NCBI GenBank assembly: GCA_964057225.1
Contig: OZ059894.1
Span: 3,534,001-3,598,000, forward strand
DNA: 64,000 nucleotides
Direction: 5' to 3'
From: Auanema rhodensis
Taxonomy: Eukaryota > Animalia > Nematoda
Below are positions 42,851-53,000 of this stretch, piece after piece; within the stretch, counting starts at the first letter, position 1; each line of letters starts with the position of its first letter. Below the pieces are notes generated by a model, which made no database searches, was not told the origin of the DNA, and saw nothing but the letters and a program-made list of their open reading frames with translations. A program made the translations under genes and the position numbers.

Positions 42851-45712
42851 TTAATGATTCTTAAGAAAAACTTGAAGATGTTTACGGAAGTTGACAGCTT
42901 TTTCAAGATTGACAATGTTCTCTGGTATTGAGTTCCAAGTGTCTATGCCTCTGTATTCAATACCTCTTCTGGTCTGAGTTTTCCGGAGGTTGGGATGCTC
43001 AACACTCCATTCATGTCGCCTCATGAAGTGTGTGTACTTTTTGAGCTTGAGAATATCCAAGCTATTATCTGAAGTAGGCGACTTTATTTGGTTAAAATAA
43101 AAAATCAAATCAAAAACGAGTCTTCTGAAAAATAACTTTTGACCTCCTAATAAAGAAAGTTGATTTTCATAGTTTATTTTAGATCCAGAGCGCATGAAAA
43201 CTGCGCGCAAAAACTTTTTCTGGACGTATTCGATCTGGTCCTTGTCTTTAGAATCCTGTGGTGACCAAATAATGGTAGCATATTCTAGAATCGGTCGTAT
43301 ATAAGTGCAAAAAAGATTATACATTAGAAAAGGTGATTTGGAGTAAAAACAACGTAAAATTATTCGACATTTCCGTGCCGCTTCGCTTGTAATTTTGTTT
43401 ATGTGGTTTGAAAAAGAGAGATTAGAGTTTGTTAAAACTCCTAGATCTTTGTAGCAGTCTACTAAAGATAGGTTACTGTCACCGAAGGTGAAGGCAATAT
43501 TTTCAGGATGACGGATCGACTTACTTGATATTACCATTATTTTAGATTTAGAAGTGTTGACGGCCATTCCGTTGGAGTTGCACCATAGTTCTAATTGATC
43601 AAGAGCACGTTGTAGACTGGTAGGGTTAGTACTGTACAGTTTCAAATCGTCTGCATAGAGAATAGAGTTAACATCAGCAGGAAAACTTGATGTAATATCA
43701 TTAATGTAATACAAAAACAACAAAGGACCAAGTACTGTACCTTGTGGTACACCACAAGTGAGTTGTACAGGTGGTGATAAAATATTATTGACCATAACTG
43801 AAAAAGACCTACCAGAAATAAAACTTTGGAGAAAATAATAAAGTGGGCCCTTGATTCCTATAGAGTTGAGCTTTGAAAAAAGAGTAAAGTGGTTTATAAG
43901 ATCGAAAGCTTTTGAAAAATCAATAAAAGCTACGAAAACCGGAATATTGCAGTCCAATGAAGACCTAAAGAAAATGTGGCTACTGAGAATAGCAGAAACA
44001 GTGTTTCTTTTAGGAAGAAAGGCGTGTTGATTTGTTGATATGGCACCATTAGAAATACCGAAATTCAAAAGTGGAGTACGTATGATACGCTCAAAAACTT
44101 TTGAAAGACTGGAAGTGAGTGAAATTGGGCGGTAGTTACCTGGATCGTCAGATTTGCCTGTCTTGAAAATGGGACGAATCCAGGCTAATTTCCAATCGGA
44201 AGGACAAGTAGCGGAAACCAGCAAATTGTGAAAAATAAAAGCTAATGGATTAGCTAAGGAAAAAGCACACTGTTTGAGAAAATAGTATGGAATGCCATCC
44301 GGGGACGTAGAAACTCTGAGTGGTAGATTTTGAAGAGTTTTGTAGAATAAATCAGGTGTTATATCTATAAAATCAATGGTATGATTGTGTGTGAAAGAAG
44401 GAGCGGGTGTGTGAGTTGTTTCTGGATGGACCAGTGGAGAAACAGTGAAAACATTAGCAAATGCTGACACTTTACCGACATCTGAAGAAACTGTCTCATT
44501 ATTGACAGTGAGGTTGGGAACGTCCGATGTATTACCATTTAATCGGGATTTACAAAAACGATAGAAAAGTTTAGGATTTTTTAAAGCAGCGATACGCTCT
44601 TCTTCTGAAGCACATTTGATTTTTATGAGTTTGTCCAATTTGATTGAAAGATTTTTACGATGGATTTCGTCAGATGAGTATAAAGAACAACTTAGCCTGT
44701 TTATATAGTTTCTGAGTTTTATAATGTCACGATCCACTTTTTTATTTTTCCTTGGTTGTTTTTTAGGAACAAAAGTATTAATGATTGAGTGTAAAATAGA
44801 AATGAATCTAGAATAAGATTGGAGTGGACTGAAGCCTGAAAGTTCAGAACAGAAATCAATGTTGGCTAGTTGCCTATTGATGAGCTCATAGTCCGCCAGA
44901 AGAAAATTCCGTTCCGTTGAAGTGGAAAGAAGTGTGGATTGAACACTACGTGAATTTTGGATTTGTAAACTCTGCCCTTTTGAAAGTATCTGGAAGGTTA
45001 TTGAAAAATGGTCAGAAGCTCCTAGAGGAGCAGAACGGTTGATGTTGTTGATACATTCGACGTTGTTTGTAATGATATAGTCAAGAGTATTTTCACCTCT
45101 TGTAGGGAAATGGACCAGCTGGTTGAGACAGTTGTGATTGAGAAATTTAAGTAAAGTTTTACTCGAAGGAGTAGGTTGAGAACACATACCAAGATCCCAG
45201 TTTATTTTAGGAAAATTAAGGTCACCTGTGAGAACAAGAGTACGATTGAATAAATGATTCTGAAGATCACAAAGGTAATTGGAAAAATCTGAATGTGATG
45301 ATGATGGGGAACGATAACAAACAGAGAAAATAGAATTAGAAGAAGTAATGAGGATATTTATAAATTGAATGGTGGATGAGTTAGGGGAACAAGAAAGTAG
45401 AGAAAAAGTAATGTGTTTTTTAACAAAGAGTAAAACACCACCTCCACGTGAGTAACACCTATCAGCCCTAAGGATATTATAGGTGTCACCTAACGGTAGA
45501 AGATTGGTGTTAAACTGAGGGTAAAGCCAAGATTCTGATATAGCAATTATATCAGGAGCTTTAGGAAAAATGATAATTGGAAGAAGATGGAGTTTGTTAA
45601 GGATTGAGCGTGCATTGTAACAGTGAACAGAAATGTGAGTGGAGTGAGAGACGTAGACAGGTGTTGATATGGACGTTGAATTAACGAAAGGACACGTTAT
45701 CGGACAAAACAA
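42851..45712 (-). CDS. LINE ORF2: apurinic-like endonuclease plus reverse transcriptase (no AUG start; probably entered by +1 frameshift near 45688)
   Basis: APE motifs YNARS, ISESWL, RADR..RGGGV, YRSP, GDLN, LDY, SDH. RT motifs PIFKTG..NYRPISL, QHAF, FIDFSKAFD, GVPQGTVLGPLLF, YADD (43646-43657), YKDLGV. No internal stops. The listed start is TTG, and the frame is open from 45736. Confidence 0.96.
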   Translation of the reverse strand: MFCPITCPFVNSTSISTPVYVSHSTHISVHCYNARSILNKLHLLPIIIFPKAPDIIAISESWLYPQFNTNLLPLGDTYNILRADRCYSRGGGVLLFVKKHITFSLLSCSPNSSTIQFINILITSSNSIFSVCYRSPSSSHSDFSNYLCDLQNHLFNRTLVLTGDLNFPKINWDLGMCSQPTPSSKTLLKFLNHNCLNQLVHFPTRGENTLDYIITNNVECINNINRSAPLGASDHFSITFQILSKGQSLQIQNSRSVQSTLLSTSTERNFLLADYELINRQLANIDFCSELSGFSPLQSYSRFISILHSIINTFVPKKQPRKNKKVDRDIIKLRNYINRLSCSLYSSDEIHRKNLSIKLDKLIKIKCASEEERIAALKNPKLFYRFCKSRLNGNTSDVPNLTVNNETVSSDVGKVSAFANVFTVSPLVHPETTHTPAPSFTHNHTIDFIDITPDLFYKTLQNLPLRVSTSPDGIPYYFLKQCAFSLANPLAFIFHNLLVSATCPSDWKLAWIRPIFKTGKSDDPGNYRPISLTSSLSKVFERIIRTPLLNFGISNGAISTNQHAFLPKRNTVSAILSSHIFFRSSLDCNIPVFVAFIDFSKAFDLINHFTLFSKLNSIGIKGPLYYFLQSFISGRSFSVMVNNILSPPVQLTCGVPQGTVLGPLLFLYYINDITSSFPADVNSILYADDLKLYSTNPTSLQRALDQLELWCNSNGMAVNTSKSKIMVISSKSIRHPENIAFTFGDSNLSLVDCYKDLGVLTNSNLSFSNHINKITSEAARKCRIILRCFYSKSPFLMYNLFCTYIRPILEYATIIWSPQDSKDKDQIEYVQKKFLRAVFMRSGSKINYENQLSLLGGQKLFFRRLVFDLIFYFNQIKSPTSDNSLDILKLKKYTHFMRRHEWSVEHPNLRKTQTRRGIEYRGIDTWNSIPENIVNLEKAVNFRKHLQVFLKNH
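45681..45692 (-). other. Candidate +1 programmed ribosomal frameshift site UCC_UUU_CGU_UAA at the ORF1/ORF2 overlap
   Basis: The minus strand reads GTG TCC TTT CGT TAA in the ORF1 frame and TTC GTT AAT TCA (F V N S) in the ORF2 frame. The 9-mer matches the influenza PA-X shift motif. Confidence 0.7.
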
Positions 45713-46742
45713 CGGAAGATGGTGCGGAAGGACTACTCATAGATCTGGTATTTGGTCCAGTTGATTTAGCTGAGCGAGGCGGATTTTTTCTCCTCCTTGG
45801 ACTTATAGAATGATTTTTGTTGGTCGATACAGATACCTCTCTCTCATTAGACCGACTGGATCTACCAGATTTACGAGGGGGGCTAGAAATAATAGAAGAA
45901 ACAGGCTTTGAAGTGGTACTGTGGTCAGAATCAACTCCTGAAGGGGTTTCAAGTTGTTGAGTGTCCGCAGAGACAGAGAGAGTGTTAATGGCATGCAAAG
46001 TAGAATCGGTGGATTTACGAAGAACCTCAATAATTTTGAGATCGCGCACAAGGAAAATGCTTTTGGTGTTGTTATCGTTTTTGATCTTAGCTTCATTTCG
46101 CAATTGTTTTTCCAGTTCAATCTCGAACGGAAGATAATCTCGCCGTAAAAACGTTTTTGAAAGAGAGTCAAAGCATTTTGACTTATTAGACTTTATAACT
46201 TTGATAATTTCATCACGTAAATCAACCGATGGACATGTAATGATAAGAGGACCAGGGAAATTAGATTTAAGAGTGGAACGTGCAATGGTGATTTGGTTAC
46301 TATCGATCAGAGAAGACAAAGTAGTGTTTTGAGACTTTTCAATGATGAGTTTCAATAACAACAGAGGTTCAGTTGGAAAATCTGTTGACGTTATAGGTAC
46401 TCGGAACCAAAGAGCTCTTTTGGCACGGTAAAGGTATTTTGTCTCCTCTGATCGTAGTTTTTGAAAATGGCATGCCACATTTAAATGAGAAGAAGTTGAA
46501 GCAGAAATAGAATTAGGGTTAGTAACGGTTTGAAAAGAAGAGATAGTTTGCTCTAATTTATCTAAACGGGATTTGAAATCCGTTTCAATAAATTTCAAGC
46601 GAGCCTCATGTGACGTGATGTTGCTTTTCATACTATTGAGCTCATTTTTTATATCATTAGACAATTTTGAGAATGAGTTTTCGAGAGATTTTGAAAAATT
46701 TTGAAGAGCATTTGTAAGAAAATCATTAGTCACATAAGACAT
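45681..46742 (-). CDS. LINE ORF1 protein (353 aa from the first ATG, MSYVTNDF...): N-terminal coiled coil, central putative nucleic-acid-binding domain, Ser/Arg/Pro-rich basic tail
   Basis: The ORF track starts it at a TTG (46919) inside the 5' repeats, and the first 59 codons translate a T-rich UTR. The first ATG is at 46742. Heptad-like segment LQNFSKSLENSFSKLSNDIKNELNSMKSNITSHEARLKFIETDFKSRLDKLEQTI. Motif FLRRDYLPFEIELEKQLRNEAK...FLVRDLKI. Position directly upstream of the EN-RT ORF. Confidence 0.88.
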   Translation of the reverse strand: MSYVTNDFLTNALQNFSKSLENSFSKLSNDIKNELNSMKSNITSHEARLKFIETDFKSRLDKLEQTISSFQTVTNPNSISASTSSHLNVACHFQKLRSEETKYLYRAKRALWFRVPITSTDFPTEPLLLLKLIIEKSQNTTLSSLIDSNQITIARSTLKSNFPGPLIITCPSVDLRDEIIKVIKSNKSKCFDSLSKTFLRRDYLPFEIELEKQLRNEAKIKNDNNTKSIFLVRDLKIIEVLRKSTDSTLHAINTLSVSADTQQLETPSGVDSDHSTTSKPVSSIISSPPRKSGRSSRSNEREVSVSTNKNHSISPRRRKNPPRSAKSTGPNTRSMSSPSAPSSVVLSDNVSFR

Positions 46743-46893
46743 GATGAAATGAAATAGAAAAAAAACAGTGAAGTGAAAAAATAAGATAATAAAAGGAAAT
46801 GAAAAGCGAGTAAGAAAAAACAAAAGAAAGAGCGTACCTTGACAAAACCAGTCCGACGAAAAATCCTCGACAGAAACAGATCCAAACAGCCAA

Positions 46894-47009
46894 AGGTCAA
46901 CTGACGAACGGGAGGTCAACTGACGAACGGGAGGTCAACTGTGACGAACGGGAGGTCAACTGACGCACGGGAGGTCAACTGACGAACGGGGATCAACTGA
47001 CGAACGGGG
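46894..47009 (-). repeat. Six ~19-bp tandem repeats forming the element's 5' end (plus-strand unit AGGTCAACTGACGAACGGG); candidate internal promoter
   Basis: Units at 46894-46912, 46913-46931, 46932-46952 (2-bp insertion), 46953-46971 (1 SNP), 46972-46990 and 46991-47008 (diverged, 18 bp). The repeat is directly visible. Promoter function is inference. Confidence 0.9.
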
Positions 47010-47014
47010 AATTA
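47010..47014 (+). repeat. Target-site duplication, right copy (AATTA)
   Basis: Matches 42306-42310. The first A could belong to the element, which would make the TSD 4 bp. Confidence 0.82.
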
Positions 47015-50000
47015 AAGTTCACGTAAATTTCAAAGTCATGGTTACCATCCACCAATATCAATAAAAATTTGTTTTTAGACTAATATGGACATGGGGAATC
47101 TAATTTTGAAAACCGCATCTCTTTATCTTTGACTTGAAGCGAGTTACATACCAAGTGCACATCATGTGTACACTTAATTAGCATAAATTAAAGTTCACGT
47201 AAATTTCAAAGTCATGGTTACCATCCACCAATATCAACAAAAATTTGTTTTTAGACTAATATGGACATGGGGAATCTAATTTTGAAAACCGCATCTCTTC
47301 ATCTTTCACGTGAAGCGAGTTACATACCAAGTGCACATCACGTGTACACTTAATTAGCATAAATTAAAGTTCACGTAAATTTTAAAGTCATGGTTACCAT
47401 GCACCAATATCAATAAAAATTTGTTTTTAGACTAATATGGACATGGGGAATCTAATTTTGAAAACCGCATCTCTTTATCTTTGACGTGAAGCGAGTTACA
47501 TACCGAGTGCACATCACGTGTACACTTAATTAGCATAAATTAAAGTTCACTTAAATTTCAAAGTCATGGTTACCATCCACCAATATCAACAAAAATTTGT
47601 TTTTAGACTAATATGGACATGGGGAATCTAATTTTGAAAACCGCATCTCTTCATCTTTTACGTGAAGCGAGTTACATACCAAGTGCACATCACGTGTACA
47701 CTTAATTAGCATAAATTAAAGTTCACGTAAATTTCAAAGTCATGGTTACCATCCACCAATATCAATAAAAATTTGTTTTTAGACTAATATGGACATGGGG
47801 AATCTAATTTTGAAAACCGCATCCCTTTATCTTTCACGTGAAGCAAGTTACATACCAAGTGCACATCATGTGTACACTTAATTAGCATAAATTAAAGTTC
47901 ACGTAAATTTTAAAGTCATGGTTACCATGCACCAATATCAATAAAAATTTGTTTTTAGACTAATATGGACATGGGGAATCTAATTTTGAAAACCGCATCT
48001 CTTCATCTTTCACGTGAAGCGAGTTACATACCAAGTGCACATCACGTGTACACTTAATAAGCATAAATTAAAGTTCACGTAAATTTCAAAGTCATGGTTA
48101 CCATGCACCAATATCAATAAAAATTCGTTTTTAGACTAATATGGACATGAGGAATCTAATTTTGAAAACCGCATCTCTTCATCTTTCACGTGAAGCGAGT
48201 TACATACCAAGTGCACATCATGTGTACACTTAATTAGCATAAATTAAAGTTCACGTAAATTTCAAAGTCATGGTTACCATGCACCAATATTAATAAAAAT
48301 TTGTTTTTAGACTAATATGGACATGGGGAATCTAATTTTGAAAACCGCATCTCTTTATCTTTGACGTGAAGCGAGTTACATACCAAGTGCACATCATGTG
48401 TACACTTAATTAGCATAAATTAAAGTTCACGTAAATTTCAAAGTCATGGTTACCATCCACCAATATCAACAAAAATTTGTTTTTAGACTAATATGGACAT
48501 GGGGAATCTAATTTTGAAAACCGCATCTCTTCATCTTTCACGTGAAGCGAGTTACATACCAAGTGCACATCACGTGTACACTTAATTAGCATAAATTAAA
48601 GTTCACGTAAATTTTAAAGTCATGGTTACCATGCACCAATATCAATAAAAATTTGTTTTTAGACTAATATGGACATGGGGAATCTAATTTTGAAAACCGC
48701 ATCTCTTTATCTTTGACGTGAAGCGAGTTACATACCGAGTGCACATCACGTGTACACTTAATTAGCATAAATTAAAGTTCACTTAAATTTCAAAGTCATG
48801 GTTACCATCCACCAATATCAACAAAAATTTGTTTTTAGACTAATATGGACATGGGGAATCTAATTTTGAAAACCGCATCTCTTCATCTTTTACGTGAAGC
48901 GAGTTACATACCAAGTGCACATCACGTGTACACTTAATTAGCATAAATTAAAGTTCACGTAAATTTCAAAGTCATGGTTACCATCCACCAATATCAATAA
49001 AAATTTGTTTTTAGACTAATATGGACATGGGGAATCTAATTTTGAAAACCGCATCCCTTTATCTTTCACGTGAAGCAAGTTACATACCAAGTGCACATCA
49101 TGTGTACACTTAATTAGCATAAATTAAAGTTCACGTAAATTTTAAAGTCATGGTTACCATGCACCAATATCAATAAAAATTTGTTTTTAGACTAATATGG
49201 ACATGGGGAATCTAATTTTGAAAACCGCATCTCTTCATCTTTCACGTGAAGCGAGTTACATACCAAGTGCACATCACGTGTACACTTAATAAGCATAAAT
49301 TAAAGTTCACGTAAATTTCAAAGTCATGGTTACCATGCACCAATATCAATAAAAATTCGTTTTTAGACTAATATGGACATGAGGAATCTAATTTTGAAAA
49401 CCGCATCTCTTCATCTTTCACGTGAAGCGAGTTACATACCAAGTGCACATCATGTGTACACTTAATTAGCATAAATTAAAGTTCACGTAAATTTCAAAGT
49501 CATGGTTACCATGCACCAATATTAATAAAAATTTGTTTTTAGACTAATATGGACATGGGGAATCTAATTTTGAAAACCGCATCTCTTTATCTTTGACGTG
49601 AAGCGAGTTACATACCAAGTGCACATCATGTGTACACTTAATTAGCATAAATTAAAGTTCACGTAAATTTCAAAGTCATGGTTACCATCCACCAATATCA
49701 ACAAAAATGTGTTTTTAGACTAATATGGACATGGGGAATCTAATTTCGAAAAGCGCATCTCTTCATCTTTCACGTGAAGCGAGTTACATACCAAGTGCAC
49801 ATCATGTGTACACTTAATTAGCATAAATTAAAGTTCACGTAAATTTCAAACTCATGGTTACCATGCACCAATATCAATAAAAATTTTTTTTTAGACTAAT
49901 ATGGACATGGGGAATCTAATTTTGAAAACCGCATCCCTTTATCTTTCACGTGAAGCGAGTTACATACCAAGTGCACATCACGTGTACACTTAATAAGCAT

Positions 50001-53000
50001 AAATTAAAGTTCACGTAAATTTCAAAGTCATGGTTACCATGCACCAATATCAATAAAAATTCGTTTTTAGACTAATATGGACATGAGGAATCTAATTTTT
50101 TTGAAAACCGCATCTCTTCATCTTTCACGTGAAGCAAGTTACATACCAAGTGCACATCATGTGTACACTCAATTAGCATAAATTAAAGTTCACGTAAATT
50201 TCAAAGTCATGGTTACCATGCACCAATATTAATAAAAATTTGTTTTTAGACTAATATGGACATGGGGAATCTAATTTTGAAAACCGCAACTCTTTATCTT
50301 TGACGTAAAGCGAGTTACATACCAAGTGCACATCATGTGTACACTTAATTAGCATAAATTAAAGTTCACGTAAATTTTAAAGTCATGGTTGCCATGCACC
50401 AATATCAATAAAAATTTGTTTTTAGACTAACATGGAAATGGGGAATCTAATTTTGAAAACCGCATCTCTTTATCTTTCACGTGAAGCGAGTTACATACCA
50501 AGCGCACATCATGTGTACACTTAATTAGCATAAATTAAAGTTCACGTAAATTTCAAAGTCATGGTTACCATGCACCAATATCAATAAAAATTTGTTTTTA
50601 GACTAATATGGACATGGGGAATCTAATTTTTTTGAAAACCGCATCTCTTCATCTTTCACGTGAAGCAAGTTACATACCAAGTGCACATCATGTGTACACT
50701 TAATTAGCATAAATTAAAGTTCACGTAAATTTCAAAGTCATGGTTACCATGCACCAATATCAATAAAAATTTTTTTTTAGACTAATATGGACATGGGGAA
50801 TCTAATTTTGAAAACCGCATCCCTTTATCTTTCACGTGAAGCGAGTTACATACCAAGTGCACATCACGTGTACACTTAATAAGCATAAATTAAAGTTCAC
50901 GTAAATTTCAAAGTCATGGTTACCATGCACCAATATCAATAAAAATTCGTTTTTAGACTAATATGGACATGAGGAATCTAATTTTTTTGAAAACCGCATC
51001 TCTTCATCTTTCACGTGAAGCAAGTTACATACCAAGTGCACATCATGTGTACACTCAATTAGCATAAATTAAAGTTCACGTAAATTTCAAAGTCATGGTT
51101 ACCATGCACCAATATTAATAAAAATTTGTTTTTAGACTAATATGGACATGGGGAATCTAATTTTGAAAACCGCAACTCTTTATCTTTGACGTAAAGCGAG
51201 TTACATACCAAGTGCACATCATGTGTACACTTAATTAGCATAAATTAAAGTTCACGTAAATTTTAAAGTCATGGTTGCCATGCACCAATATCAATAAAAA
51301 TTTGTTTTTAGACTAACATGGAAATGGGGAATCTAATTTTGAAAACCGCATCTCTTTATCTTTCACGTGAAGCGAGTTACATACCAAGCGCACATCATGT
51401 GTACACTTAATTAGCATAAATTAAAGTTCACGTAAATTTCAAAGTCATGGTTACCATGCACCAATATCAATAAAAATTTGTTTTTAGACTAATATGGACA
51501 TGGGGAATCTAATTTTGAAAACCGCATCTCTTTATCTTTGACGTAAAGCGAGTTACATACCAAGTGCACATCATGTGTACACTTAATTAGCATAAATTAA
51601 AGTTCACGTAAATTTCAAAGTCATGGTTACCATTCACCAATATTAATAAAAATTTGTTTTTAGACTAATATGGAAATGGGGAATCTAATTTTGAAAACCG
51701 CATCTCTTCATCTTTCACGTGAAGCGAGTTACATACCAAGTGCACATCATGTGTACACTTAATTAGCATAAATTAAAGTTCACGTAAATTTCAAAGTCAT
51801 GGTTACCATGCACCAATATCAATAAAAATTTGTTTTTAGACTAATATGGACATGGGGAATCTAATTTTGAAAACCGCATCTCTTTATCTTTCACGTGAAG
51901 CGAGTTACATACCAAGTGCACATCATGTGTACACTTAATTAGCATAAATTAAAGTTCACGTAAATTTCAAAGTCATGGTTGCCATGCACCAATATCAATA
52001 AAAATTTGTTTTTAGACTAATTTGGAAATGGGGAATCTATTTTGAAAACCGCATCTCTTCATCTTTCACGTGAAGCGAGTTACATACCAAGTGCACATCA
52101 TGTGTACACTTAATTAGCATAAATTAAAGTTCACGTAAATTTCAAAGTCATGGTTACCATGCACCAATATCAATAAAAATTTGTTTTTAGACTAATATGG
52201 ACATGGGGAATCTAATTTTGAAAACCGCATCTCTTTATCTTTCACGTGAAGCGAGTTACATACCAAGTGCACATCATGTGTACACTTAATTAGCATAAAT
52301 TAAAGTTCACGTAAATTTCAAAGTCATGGTTGCCATGCACCAATATCAATAAATATTTGTTTTTAGACTAATTTGGAAATGGGGAATCTATTTTGAAAAC
52401 CGCATCTCTTCATCTTTCACGTGAAGCGAGTTACATACCAAGTGCACATCACGTGTACACTTAATTAGCATAAATTGAAGTTCACGTAAATTTCAAAGTC
52501 ATGGTTACCATGCACCAATATCAATAAAAATTTGTTTTTAGACTAATATGGAAATGGGGAATCTAATTTTGAAAACCGCATCTCTTTATCTTTGACGTAA
52601 AGCGAGTTACATACCAAGTGCACATCATGTGTACACTTAATTAGCATAAATTAAAGTTCACGTAAATTTCAAAGTCATGGTTACCATTCACCAATATTAA
52701 TAAAAATTTGTTTTTAGACTAATATGGAAATGGGGAATCTAATTTTGAAAACCGCATCTCTTCATCTTTCACGTGAAGCGAGTTACATACCAAGTGCACA
52801 TCATGTGTACACTTAATTAGCATAAATTAAAGTTCACGTAAATTTCAAAGTCATGGTTACCATGCACCAATATCAATAAAAATTTGTTTTTAGACTAATA
52901 TGGACATGGGGAATCTAATTTTGAAAACCGCATCCCTTTATCTTTCACGTGAAGCGAGTTACATACCAAGTGCACATCACGTGTACACTTAATAAGCATA

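Larger units (their letters stand above)
42311..47009 (-). mobile_element. Apparently full-length non-LTR retrotransposon (LINE, APE-type, CR1-group-like), 4699 bp, inserted in the satellite
   Basis: Sharp junctions with the satellite on both sides, a TSD, two uninterrupted long ORFs (ORF1; APE+RT), no LTRs, no recognisable RNase H or C-terminal CCHC knuckle, and AATAAA near the 3' end. The clade call rests on architecture and motif resemblance, not on a phylogeny. Confidence 0.95.

Noticed and set aside
45954-46148. 64-aa antisense ORF within ORF1
   Set aside because: Short, non-ATG start, no recognisable features.
45803-46171. 122-aa ORF overlapping ORF1 in the +1 frame
   Set aside because: TTG start, no motifs, and separated from ORF2 by stops (45803-45805, 45737-45739). 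Likely a shadow ORF.
46743-46840. Intron in the 5' UTR (AAG|GTACGC donor-like site followed by a pyrimidine tract)
   Set aside because: There is no AG acceptor between the tract and the ORF1 ATG (it reads TTTCATTTCATCATG).
46743-46919. 59-aa N-terminal extension of ORF1 given by the ORF track
   Set aside because: It starts at a TTG inside the 5' tandem repeats and translates a T-rich tract into Phe/Leu runs. It is better explained as 5' UTR.
46894-47009. Hammerhead ribozyme suggested by repeated CTGACGA (CUGANGA core)
   Set aside because: It is on the antisense strand, and no downstream GAAA core or flanking stems are present in the repeats.
42311-47009. LTR element, DNA transposon or telomerase/Penelope-type RT
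   Set aside because: No LTRs or terminal inverted repeats at both ends, and no integrase, protease, transposase or GIY-YIG motifs. An N-terminal APE plus RT is diagnostic of a LINE.
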